From Rebecca billardiae RCC1528 (lineage: Eukaryota; Protista; Haptophyta): a stretch of DNA of 64,000 nucleotides. The notes beneath the pieces were generated by a model. The model was not told the origin of the DNA. It was given only the letters and a program-made list of their open reading frames with translations, and did no database searches. The translations under genes were made by a program, and so were the position numbers. This document shows, piece after piece, positions 45,762 through 54,570 of the stretch (positions within the stretch are counted from its first letter, which is position 1; every line of letters starts with the position of its first letter). The stretch is taken from contig OZ251223.1 of assembly GCA_965240325.2 (NCBI GenBank), positions 1,550,001 through 1,614,000 of the forward strand. Direction: 5' to 3'.

Positions 45762-46469
45762 ATGTCCTCCGACGACGGGCCGCGCGCCACCCTCATCCGT
45801 GGCGCGGCGCGAGCCGTCGGCACTCTTCTGCACGCCAGCCGAGACGACCTTCCCAACGACGCCGTCGACTGCATGGGCCCCTTCACGGAGCGGCACAAGC
45901 CCATGGCGTGGGACGTGTACTGGATCCAGGACGAGCTTCCACTCCCGGAGGATCTCGCCGAGGCGATCTTCGACTTCCTGCACGTCACCAGCGAGTGCTT
46001 GCGACTCGACTCGGAGGCTATCGTCATCGCAATCGTCCTGCTCGAGCGTCTCGTCATGCGCATAGGCCGCGCCGTCCTGCGCCTGAGCACGACTCGTCCG
46101 CTGCTCGTAACCGCACTCGTCGTCGCATCCAAGTCGCTTGGACAGGACGACATCAATATGCACGCTTTCTGCGAGCAAGTGTGCTGCAACGACGAGCACC
46201 TGCGCCAGCTTGTCGAGTGCGAGCGCGCATTCACGCACGGCATCAGCTTTGATGACGCCGTGCCACCCGCCGTCTTCGAGCAGTACTGCCTCCTCCTGCT
46301 GAGCCACGGCGGCCGCAGCGCACTACCGCCGCCGCTGGACGTGGCACGGAACGCCAGCTTTGACCGCGCGTTCGAGCACCAGTGCGGCCTCGAAGCGGAT
46401 GCCGATGCGCACCAACCCGACGCCAAGAGACGATGCGTTCGCGTGAGCGCTGGTTCAAGCCGCAGCTGA
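45762..46469 (+). CDS. Cyclin-box protein (cyclin Y/Pho80-like)
   Basis: IFDFL..LRLDSEAIVIAIVLLERL..TRPLLVTALVVASK..LVECERAF matches the cyclin N-terminal box pattern. Confidence 0.78.
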   Translation: MSSDDGPRATLIRGAARAVGTLLHASRDDLPNDAVDCMGPFTERHKPMAWDVYWIQDELPLPEDLAEAIFDFLHVTSECLRLDSEAIVIAIVLLERLVMRIGRAVLRLSTTRPLLVTALVVASKSLGQDDINMHAFCEQVCCNDEHLRQLVECERAFTHGISFDDAVPPAVFEQYCLLLLSHGGRSALPPPLDVARNASFDRAFEHQCGLEADADAHQPDAKRRCVRVSAGSSRS

Positions 46470-46639
46470 CCCAATCAGGGCCCAGTGATACAGACTCACA
46501 GCGTTACGGGCCCGCCGGGCCGGGCCGACGTGTCCGGCTGTCCGCGCATCGCCATCCATCGGAGGTCCGGCGCGTGCACGCGACAGCTCAACGTCACGGC
46601 TTGTAGCTGCGTGGAGAACGTTGAGTCTGTCCGTTGCAA

Positions 46640-46884
46640 GAGAGAGAAGGTATTACCTACTCACCAGGACAGTTTACCCCCGGCCGCCGCGCCGTCACAA
46701 AATGGCCGGCACCCGCAGGTCATTTTCGCGCATCCGCGCACACCCTCCATCCCTCCCGCCCCTCCGAAATCACCGGTGTTTGCCACCCGAAACGAGACTG
46801 GCAAATGCCGGTGATTTTCGCGCTGAAAACCATGCTTTCACAAGCGAAAATTTAGACGCCACTTCGATACACTGCGCGCTACGA
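46640..46884 (+). repeat. Left terminal inverted repeat of the PLV (245 bp)
   Basis: GAGAGAGAAGGTATTACC...CTGCGCGCTACGA is the reverse complement of 60233-60477; AG-repeat terminus as in Polintons. Confidence 0.96.
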
Positions 46885-46994
46885 TCCCGCCAAGACAAAC
46901 CGAGGGCGGCCGCCGAAGCTCAGTTCCAAGGCCGAAGCTTGCGAGCCGGCCAAGAACTACCAGTGATCCAAGGCCGAAGCTTTCCGGATCTCGC

Positions 46995-47305
46995 TTTTCA
47001 CCAGGACAGACCAGAGCCCCGCCAGTAAAAACTCGCGAGGCGACCATGATTTTACCGGTGAAGCTTCGGGTCTCAACTTTAGAGGCCACTTCGAGCACTC
47101 CGCCAGGTTTTTCCACCAGGACAGACCAGCGCCCCGCCAGTAAAAACTCGCGAGGCGACCATGATTTTACCGGCGAAGCTTCGGGTCTCAACTTTAGAGG
47201 CCACTTCGAGCACTCCGCCAGGTTTTTCCACCAGGACAGACCAGCGCCCCCACCAGTAAAAAAAGGCGACCATACCGGCGAAGCTTCGGGTCTCAACTTT
47301 AGAGA
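46995..47305 (+). repeat. Subterminal 115-bp tandem repeat, about 2.6 copies
   Basis: CACCAGGACAGACCAG recurs at 46999, 47114 and 47229; the third copy is internally deleted. Confidence 0.92.
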
Positions 47306-47508
47306 GGCCGACCATCCCCAAAACATATTTCGATCCGCACTTAAGACTTGGGCCGAGCTCGCGCGACGATGTCGGCATCCCGGGCGGCCGCCGCCGACCC
47401 TCAGCCGCCGACCCGCCATCCGCGGAAAAAACTTAGGACTTGGGGGCCGAGCCAGCGGCGGACCAAAGTGCGTTAGTTTTCGACGAAAATTTTCTGCGCC
47501 AGAGTAAA

Positions 47509-50500
47509 ATGGTCCTCCTCGACCTCGTCCGCAACCGACTCGAGCAGGATCTCCTCGACCCCAACCTGTCCATGAGGCGGCATGCCGCCGCGCGCCACGA
47601 GCTCGACCGAGACCGTCTCGAGAGGCTCTTTGCCGAGTTCAACCTGACGCCAAACGTCGATGGCAAGACCTTCGTGCTGCAGGGCAAGCGAAAGCGCATG
47701 CCCAGAACGCGCAAGAGCTGGGACCAGCTACGCCGCACGCTCGAGAGGCTTGAGAAGCACCAGCCTATGGAGACCGAGCTGAAGGCGATGGGCATCGACC
47801 TACAAGGCGGGCAGTTCACGCTCCAAGGGCGCAAGAGGCGCCTCCCTCGAACGTCCGAGGGCATGAGGAAGCTGCGCAGGCAGATTGGCTTCACCGCCAA
47901 GATGCTGAATGATGGCATGACCAGGGTGGCTGTGCATGGGCCGGAGATCACCAAGGAGACGACCTTCACCATGCCAATCTCGATGCAGGTGGAGGCGACG
48001 GCGCCTCTGCTCATGCGAGAGCAAGCGCTCTACCAGATGCCGTCGCATCTGACAAGCGCAATCCACGACTTTGTCGCTGAGACGATCGAGAAGGAGCTGA
48101 TGCGCGGAGCATCGAGTCGGCTCAAGGTGAGGGTCATCATCGAGACGCTGCATGTGAAGAGCACCAAGGGTGTCTTTGCGGTCGAGATGCCGAGCCTGCC
48201 CGAGGACGCATACCGCCGCATGATCGAACGAGGGCACCCCACCATCTCGAAGTCAAGTCGCTCCATCGCTGGCAAAGCAGTTTGGCAGCAGGAGCCGCAG
48301 CCGCTCATCGACCTCGTCAACGAGATGATCACAGACGCCTTCGAGCAGCGGCAGTCAATCTACGCAGACAAGCCAATCGCCCTCAGCCGAATGTGGATAA
48401 CCAGCGGCATGGTGACGCCTCGCGGAGCGACATCCGGGAGCAGCTACGTGAAGCTCGAAGGGCGGTGGGCGAACGCCAAGATGGGCATCGTCAACCCCAA
48501 GAACCAAGACCTCAAGTGCTTCATGGCCGCGCTGCAGGCGGCAAAGGCTGTGGAGAGCGGCGTTGCCCACCCCGAGCGGCCGAGCGTCCACCGGAAGTTC
48601 CTCGTGACCGAGCCCGAGGGTGCTGTCTACCCTGTGGACATCGGTGAGATCCGCGCATGGGAGGTCGCCAACAACCCGGCCATCACAGCCTATCGCCTCC
48701 CCGAGGACGGTGGGCAGGCGCAGGTGATGCGACTGCCGACGCCGCAGGATTTCCACAACCTGCCTCGGGTGACCCTCGGGCTCTACAAGGAGCACTGGGT
48801 CTTCTGCCGCTCCGCCGATGCCATTTGCGCAAATACCACCTATATCTACTGCGAGCTGTGTCTCAAAAAGTTCCCCTTCAACGCTCGCGCCAAGCGAGAT
48901 GAGCATCAGGAGACGTGCCATGACTCGTGGACAGTGAATTACGATGCTCAGACTGAGGAGCAAAAATTAGCCAGCTACATGACGCCTCGCGAGGCTGCGG
49001 CCGGCAAAGATTACCAGACCTCTATCGAGTACACGGGAGGCATCGAGCAGATCGTCAAGCCGCTGGTGATCCACGCCGATTTCGAGACCGTGACAATCGA
49101 CGGTGAGATGAGGCCATATGCCGTCGGCCTCATTGAGACCTGGAGCGACGGAGCCATCAAGTACGTGACCTTCACCGGGCCTGAGTGCCATATCGATCTG
49201 GTGGTCTACCTGCTGGAGACATACCCGAGCTACCTGGATACTGCCAGCAGGCACTCTGCGCTCAAGAAGCGCTCCTTCCCTCTCGAGACAAGGCAGGCTT
49301 TCGATAGTGCCACCTGCTGCTACCTCTGCGACGGCGAATTCGGCGAGACCAAAAATTTCGACTATGACCACTACACTGGCGCATATCGCGGTGCTGCTTG
49401 CACAAAGTGCAACCTGCATGCATCCACGACGAATCTCATGGCGAGCGTACCAGTATTCTTTCACAACCTCACCGGCTTTGACGCCAATTTCCTGATCCAG
49501 GCCCTCGGCTCCGAGCGGGTGCAAGGGCTGATGAACGAGATGGCCAGGATAAAGCAGAACCGCAAAACGGAGATCCTCAAGAAAAGGATCGAGGCGCAGG
49601 AGGCGCTTCTCGTCTCGTGCGCAGTAAGAGGAGACAACTATGACACTGCGCAAATCACCAGCCTCGAGCGCGAGCTCGCGAGCACGCGCCCCACCAAAGC
49701 GCTCAAAACCGACATCATTCTCCAGAACACGCAGCGACTCAAGCAGCTGACTATCGGCGGCTTTTGCTTCAAAGACACGATGGCTTTCATGAAAGAATCG
49801 CTGGAGACGCTCCTAGACAACCTGGACCCCGCGGACATGCGGAACTTGCGCTCGTTTGCCAGCGATTGGGCGCGAGCCCGAGGACTCGACCCAGAAGTCG
49901 TATTCGAGGCCGCGCGGCGCAAGGGCATTTTCCCCTACGAGATTCCGTGGCACCTCGAGCTGGATACGCCCATTGACACGCTCATCGAAAAATACCCCGA
50001 CCTCTTCTTGTCCAAGCTTAAATCGAGCTTCGGTATCGCAGGCCAGGACCAACACTTTGAGGCGGGCGAGGATGAGGCGATCGTCAAGCTCGTGCAACTC
50101 AAGTCGGCGGTCGGGCTGGAGACGATGAGAGACCTCCTCGACTGGTACCTCGCTATCGACGTTCACGGGCAGGCAGACGTCTTCACCAACTTCCAGCACC
50201 TCTTTCACACCAACTTTGGCCTGGACCCGAGCTGGTTTCTCTCGGCGCCGCAATCCTTCTTCAAGACGATGCTCAAGACCACGGGGCAAAAGATCGAGCT
50301 CTGGCAAGACTCGCGAGACGTGGATTTTGCTTCCAAGTGCATTCGAGGCGGCTACACAGATGTGCGCCACAAGCTGCAGACGGCAGGAGGAGGCGTGCAT
50401 ATCGGCTACTTTGACGCGAACAACTTGTACGGCTGGGCGATGAAGCTCAAGATGCCAGTAGGCGCGCCCTGGGATGTTGAGCCCGAGGACTTTGACCTGC

Positions 50501-51780
50501 ACGACCCCCGGTATGGGCGGCTACCGAGTGACCCCGGCGACCTCGATTTCCAAGGAGACATCGGAGCGTATGTGGAGATCGATGGCTACTTCCCGGAGCA
50601 CACGCACCAGCGCCTCAACGATTTTGTCCCGCTGCCCGAACACAGGGACGGCAAGCTCATCGCGCACCTCGACCCACGCGTCAACTATGTGTGCAGTGTG
50701 CTGAATCTGCAGAAGGCAGTCGAGCTCGGCTTTGTCGTGACAAAGGTCCATCGCGTGCTAGAGATGCATCTAGCACCGTGGATGCGCGGCTATGTCGACC
50801 AGATGGCTGCGCTGCGCGCCCAGGCGAGAAACGACTTTGAGAAGAATTTCTTCAAACTAGGCCCGAACTCGTGCTTTGGAAAAACCATGGAGCGCACGCT
50901 GCACCACCAGGATGCCGGCATCGTCTCTGGGAGTGTGATGGAGAAGCGCTTCCTCGACCCGCGCAGCCGGTACTCGAGGCATATCGGCGGCTCGCTCTTT
51001 CTCGTCTCTGGTGACAAGAAGCGCTACCTCAAGACTACTCCTGTTCAATTGGGCGCGCTCATCCTTGAGAGCTCGAAGCTGCTCATGCAGACCTTTTGGT
51101 ACGATGGCCTCAAGCCGGCGCTTCCAAACATCCAGCTCTGCATGACCGATACCGATTCCTTCATCTTCTCGGTGAACGACAAGAATTACAAGCACAAGAT
51201 GAAAGAGCTCGCGCCGCGCTGGCTTGATATGCATGGCTACCACAAGCGCAACCCGATGCATGATGCCTCGAACCAGAAAGTGGTCGGCTACTTCAAGGAC
51301 GAGTTCGCCAACGACCGCATTTGCGAGGTGGTGTGCAACGCGCCGAAATGTTACTCGGTCAGATCGACAAAGAAACAGCTACGCAAGAACAAGGGCGTGC
51401 CATACAAAGTGGTGACGAAAGCACTGCAACATGGTCACTATCGCGATATCGTCCTCCGCGAGAGGGAGACACACGTGGACTACTACCAGATTGCGGCGCG
51501 CTCGAACGTGGTGAGGATGGAACGCCAAGAGAAGGTGGCCCTCCGAAACTCGTACAACAAGGGTGTCGTGGCTGCGAACGGGCTGGAGATCCTATCGCTG
51601 GGCCACTACAAGCTCGATCCAAGGAGACACTTTGAGCGAATTATTCGGACGCATGATTGGGACACGCTCACAGCAAGGAAGGCAGCGCAAATCATGGTCG
51701 ACGAGTCTGGCTACGACGTGAGCCTCAAATGGGCCAACCGAATAATGAACGAGTTCGTCACAGCTTGCTCGACGGGCTGA
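47509..51780 (+). CDS. polB: Protein-primed family B DNA polymerase (Polinton type)
   Basis: ExoI IHADFET, ExoII FHNLTGFD, KGIFPYE, ExoIII YLAID, IRGG, motif A YFDANNLYGWAM, motif B KLGPNSCFGK, motif C TDTDS, PKCY, KGV. First ATG at 47509. Confidence 0.96.
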   Translation: MVLLDLVRNRLEQDLLDPNLSMRRHAAARHELDRDRLERLFAEFNLTPNVDGKTFVLQGKRKRMPRTRKSWDQLRRTLERLEKHQPMETELKAMGIDLQGGQFTLQGRKRRLPRTSEGMRKLRRQIGFTAKMLNDGMTRVAVHGPEITKETTFTMPISMQVEATAPLLMREQALYQMPSHLTSAIHDFVAETIEKELMRGASSRLKVRVIIETLHVKSTKGVFAVEMPSLPEDAYRRMIERGHPTISKSSRSIAGKAVWQQEPQPLIDLVNEMITDAFEQRQSIYADKPIALSRMWITSGMVTPRGATSGSSYVKLEGRWANAKMGIVNPKNQDLKCFMAALQAAKAVESGVAHPERPSVHRKFLVTEPEGAVYPVDIGEIRAWEVANNPAITAYRLPEDGGQAQVMRLPTPQDFHNLPRVTLGLYKEHWVFCRSADAICANTTYIYCELCLKKFPFNARAKRDEHQETCHDSWTVNYDAQTEEQKLASYMTPREAAAGKDYQTSIEYTGGIEQIVKPLVIHADFETVTIDGEMRPYAVGLIETWSDGAIKYVTFTGPECHIDLVVYLLETYPSYLDTASRHSALKKRSFPLETRQAFDSATCCYLCDGEFGETKNFDYDHYTGAYRGAACTKCNLHASTTNLMASVPVFFHNLTGFDANFLIQALGSERVQGLMNEMARIKQNRKTEILKKRIEAQEALLVSCAVRGDNYDTAQITSLERELASTRPTKALKTDIILQNTQRLKQLTIGGFCFKDTMAFMKESLETLLDNLDPADMRNLRSFASDWARARGLDPEVVFEAARRKGIFPYEIPWHLELDTPIDTLIEKYPDLFLSKLKSSFGIAGQDQHFEAGEDEAIVKLVQLKSAVGLETMRDLLDWYLAIDVHGQADVFTNFQHLFHTNFGLDPSWFLSAPQSFFKTMLKTTGQKIELWQDSRDVDFASKCIRGGYTDVRHKLQTAGGGVHIGYFDANNLYGWAMKLKMPVGAPWDVEPEDFDLHDPRYGRLPSDPGDLDFQGDIGAYVEIDGYFPEHTHQRLNDFVPLPEHRDGKLIAHLDPRVNYVCSVLNLQKAVELGFVVTKVHRVLEMHLAPWMRGYVDQMAALRAQARNDFEKNFFKLGPNSCFGKTMERTLHHQDAGIVSGSVMEKRFLDPRSRYSRHIGGSLFLVSGDKKRYLKTTPVQLGALILESSKLLMQTFWYDGLKPALPNIQLCMTDTDSFIFSVNDKNYKHKMKELAPRWLDMHGYHKRNPMHDASNQKVVGYFKDEFANDRICEVVCNAPKCYSVRSTKKQLRKNKGVPYKVVTKALQHGHYRDIVLRERETHVDYYQIAARSNVVRMERQEKVALRNSYNKGVVAANGLEILSLGHYKLDPRRHFERIIRTHDWDTLTARKAAQIMVDESGYDVSLKWANRIMNEFVTACSTG

Positions 51781-52675
51781 ACGATGACGACGGCGACGAG
51801 AACCGAGGTGTGGGATCGTAAGGAATGACCTTGAGGAATGCCTTCGCCGCATTTTCAGAGACGTTAAAATCTCTGGCCAGCATTTTGCTCAGAGCTGTGC
51901 GCGATTCTTTCGGGTTGGCCTGCATCATGAGTATGATGGCATCGATGTTGTCGTCAAGGTGGTCTCTGGCTTCATTTCCGAAGAGTGGTTTTGAGGCCTG
52001 GGTGCCAGCCGTCTGCTGGGATGGCTGCTCCTGTGTCCCCATGGAGCGTCTCTTCGGACCAGCCTGCGTGCCAATCGCCGGGCGCTCTGGCATCCCCTGA
52101 GTACCAGTTGAACGCCTCTTTGGGCCACCAGCCTGCGTGCCAATCGCCGGGCGTTCAGCCGGAGGAGGCATCTCCTGAGTAGCAATCGACCGTCTCTTGG
52201 TGCTCGCCTGAGTACCTGTAGAGTGCTGCTCTGGCCGCAGGCCCCGAGCGACTCTGTCTGTCCCAATACCAATCGATCGCCGCTCTGGCACGGCACTTGT
52301 AGAGACAGGCAGAGGCTGCTTGTTGACTATCAGCCTGCTCATTGCTTGGCCAGACGCATCGCGTGTAGGCAGGCGAATCTGCCGAGCCCGAAATTCGTTC
52401 ACACCATCGCTAAAGGGTAGCAGCGCATCGATGGAAGGCACTCGCCTGCCCACTGCAGCCGTCTGGTTGGTGGGCGGCGGTCGCGTTGGCTTGATTAGTG
52501 GCTTCATCACAATCGGCTCGGCCGAATACGTCAATCGTCTCGAAGACGGCGTAGGCACGGCTCCGCTCCAGTATTCTTTTCCGCGGCTGTGAAAGGAGCC
52601 GCCGTAGGGTTTGCCCTCGAGGCGAAAGTGCGTGGTCTTGGTCGGCAGGAATCGCTCGCGATGTATGGCCTGCAT
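51758..52675 (-). CDS. PLV protein of unknown function with repeated (G/A)TQ motifs
   Basis: Intact 305-aa ORF; HSTGTQA, RRSIATQE, AIGTQA (x2), RRSTGTQG, RRSMGTQE, TAGTQA; helical C-terminus. Confidence 0.75.
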   Translation of the reverse strand: MQAIHRERFLPTKTTHFRLEGKPYGGSFHSRGKEYWSGAVPTPSSRRLTYSAEPIVMKPLIKPTRPPPTNQTAAVGRRVPSIDALLPFSDGVNEFRARQIRLPTRDASGQAMSRLIVNKQPLPVSTSAVPERRSIGIGTDRVARGLRPEQHSTGTQASTKRRSIATQEMPPPAERPAIGTQAGGPKRRSTGTQGMPERPAIGTQAGPKRRSMGTQEQPSQQTAGTQASKPLFGNEARDHLDDNIDAIILMMQANPKESRTALSKMLARDFNVSENAAKAFLKVIPYDPTPRFSSPSSSFSPSSKL

Positions 52676-52681
52676 CTATAA

Positions 52682-53371
52682 TCATAGTAATAATTTATTC
52701 CACTCTCTGTGGAGCGCACCATGGTCTGCATTAAGAAATAAAAAAGTGTGCGGATCGCCATCGCCAAAAATGTACTGATACACTGTAGCAAAGTCTGAGC
52801 GAGGCATCATGATCAATTCAGAGCGCAGAGCCTCTAGCTCCTTGGTATTGTTGGGCTTGAACACGGTCACATGCGAGAATAATTTTCGTATAGTCAGCGG
52901 CACCGATATGTAACCCTGTGATATAACAATGATACTGAGTTTGTAGTGTCGCCTGTTCTGAACGATACGCGAATACAGGCGCTGCAAATTTGGGTCTTTT
53001 AGTGACGCAGCAAAATCATCTATAATAAGGAGGGTCGGCAAAGGCATATTCGACTCGGCAATGCTGAGCACATTCTGAAGTGTCTCTGCCGTCAGCTCGT
53101 GGTATACATATTGAAGCGCGGCTAGCGGGGAATTTTGGAAGCTGTCCACCGAGGTGCGAGGAGCCACGAAGATTACGTTGGCAAAGACTCGTTTATAGGG
53201 CCCAGTGATCAAGCCCACTACCTGGCTGGATTTGCCGCTACGGGGTGGGCCAAAGACGCCCCAATGAAAGCTCGTGTTTGGGAGAGGCTCTGGCAGGCCT
53301 GGCTTTAGAGGCTTGTCCGCACTGATTCTAGGCAGCGGGAGCTCTATGTGATGCGCGATCTCGTTGATCAT
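52682..53371 (-). CDS. A32-like (FtsK/HerA superfamily) genome packaging ATPase
   Basis: Walker A GPPRSGKS, Walker B LLIIDD, A32-type RRHYKLSIIVISQ. Confidence 0.92.
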   Translation of the reverse strand: MINEIAHHIELPLPRISADKPLKPGLPEPLPNTSFHWGVFGPPRSGKSSQVVGLITGPYKRVFANVIFVAPRTSVDSFQNSPLAALQYVYHELTAETLQNVLSIAESNMPLPTLLIIDDFAASLKDPNLQRLYSRIVQNRRHYKLSIIVISQGYISVPLTIRKLFSHVTVFKPNNTKELEALRSELIMMPRSDFATVYQYIFGDGDPHTFLFLNADHGALHREWNKLLL

Positions 53372-53697
53372 ATAAACCGCATGATTCTTTTTTGGGATGT
53401 CTTGACAGGGGTCACCTCCGGGGTCACCGCCTCTGGGGTCACCTCTTCCTCGCCTGCCAGCTCGATCGATTCGACCGGCTGCCTGACAATGCTCGGCGGC
53501 GTCTTGCTTGGTGGGCGCCTGGGTGTGGGTGCTTTTGGCCCGACCTCGCCGCCGATTTCTTCGAGCTTGGCTTTCGCATCCTCTGCCAGCTTGGTGTATG
53601 TGGCCGCATGTGTCTCATATGTCACAACCTGGCGTTTCAGGCGCATGCGCTCCGTCGCCAGCTGCTGCGCCTCGCTGCGTGTCTTTTTATTCTCCAT
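53368..53697 (-). CDS. Small coiled-coil PLV protein
   Basis: 109-aa ORF overlapping the ATPase start by 4 nt; N-terminal heptad pattern and EVTP repeats. Confidence 0.6.
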   Translation of the reverse strand: MENKKTRSEAQQLATERMRLKRQVVTYETHAATYTKLAEDAKAKLEEIGGEVGPKAPTPRRPPSKTPPSIVRQPVESIELAGEEEVTPEAVTPEVTPVKTSQKRIMRFI

Positions 53698-53810
53698 CTT
53701 CTATATGCAAGCAGAGAATATTTTGGATTTCAGCCGAGAGGATGCATTGGCATGGTACATCTCCAAGAAGCTCGGCACGAGCGATGATGAAATAATATCG
53801 GCACTAATTC

Positions 53811-54545
53811 ATGCTGCACCTGCACACAAGTCAGGGCGATGTGTTCCCACTGGGCCGAGCCAAGACGAGCTGCGTGAATTTCACACTGAGCCACCCAATC
53901 ATGGCGGCAAGCGATGAGGTCATATTTGTATCTGTCGATAGCCTGTGTGTGCCTAATACGCGCTATGCCGTAGACAGCTCGAATAATAGCGTGGGTGCCG
54001 CCTCCGACTGGGGCGACACAACGCTCACGCTCACCCCGAAGAATTATACCGCTAGCACGCTTGTCACAGAGATCAACTCGGCATTGTCTAGCATCAACGT
54101 GACTGCTGCTTTCGACTCGGCCACTGGCAAGCTCACATTCTCGACGACACATGGTTTCGACACCACCATCAAAGGCACGAGCAGCGCTTCGCGTGTGCTC
54201 GGCCTCTGTCGCACAGACTTGGTGATACCGGCCAGCGGCAGTATAGAGGCACCCGGCGTGGTGGACCTGCTCAGCCGAGGCTTTGCGCTCACCTGCGAAG
54301 GGCTGGATGTCAAGAGCAGAGACTCGACCAACTCTGGCTCATCGAGCAACATTTTATGTGTGGTGCACATCGACAAGCCGTTCGGCCAGACTGTGCTGTA
54401 CACTGATGCGAACAATGACATTTTGCAGTGCAACCGCCGGAGTATACAAAATATCGAGCTCCAGCTGATCGATCTCGAGACCATGCAGCCGGTGGAGCTG
54501 AATGGAGCCGAGTGGTCTGTCAACCTGAAATTCCAAATTTCTTAA
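53811..54545 (+). CDS. Minor capsid (penton-like, single jelly-roll) protein
   Basis: NFTLSHPI..SVDSLCVPNT.Y.V..NN, LTPKNY..LVTEIN, FDSATGKLTF, SNILC, ELNGAEWSVNLKF pattern of PLV/Polinton mCP; directly upstream of the MCP. Confidence 0.8.
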   Translation: MLHLHTSQGDVFPLGRAKTSCVNFTLSHPIMAASDEVIFVSVDSLCVPNTRYAVDSSNNSVGAASDWGDTTLTLTPKNYTASTLVTEINSALSSINVTAAFDSATGKLTFSTTHGFDTTIKGTSSASRVLGLCRTDLVIPASGSIEAPGVVDLLSRGFALTCEGLDVKSRDSTNSGSSSNILCVVHIDKPFGQTVLYTDANNDILQCNRRSIQNIELQLIDLETMQPVELNGAEWSVNLKFQIS

Positions 54546-54570
54546 GAAATATTTCCTGGCCATAGTACTT

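Noticed and set aside
45762-46469. Cyclin-like gene as viral cargo
   Set aside because: It lies about 170 bp outside the left TIR, so it is treated as a host gene.
46995-47305. CRISPR-like array
   Set aside because: Whole 115-bp units repeat with no unique spacers; eukaryotic context and no cas genes.
46621-47507. ORFs within the PLV TIR and subterminal repeats (and mirror ORFs at 60182-60513)
   Set aside because: They are translations of repeat DNA with no protein-like features.
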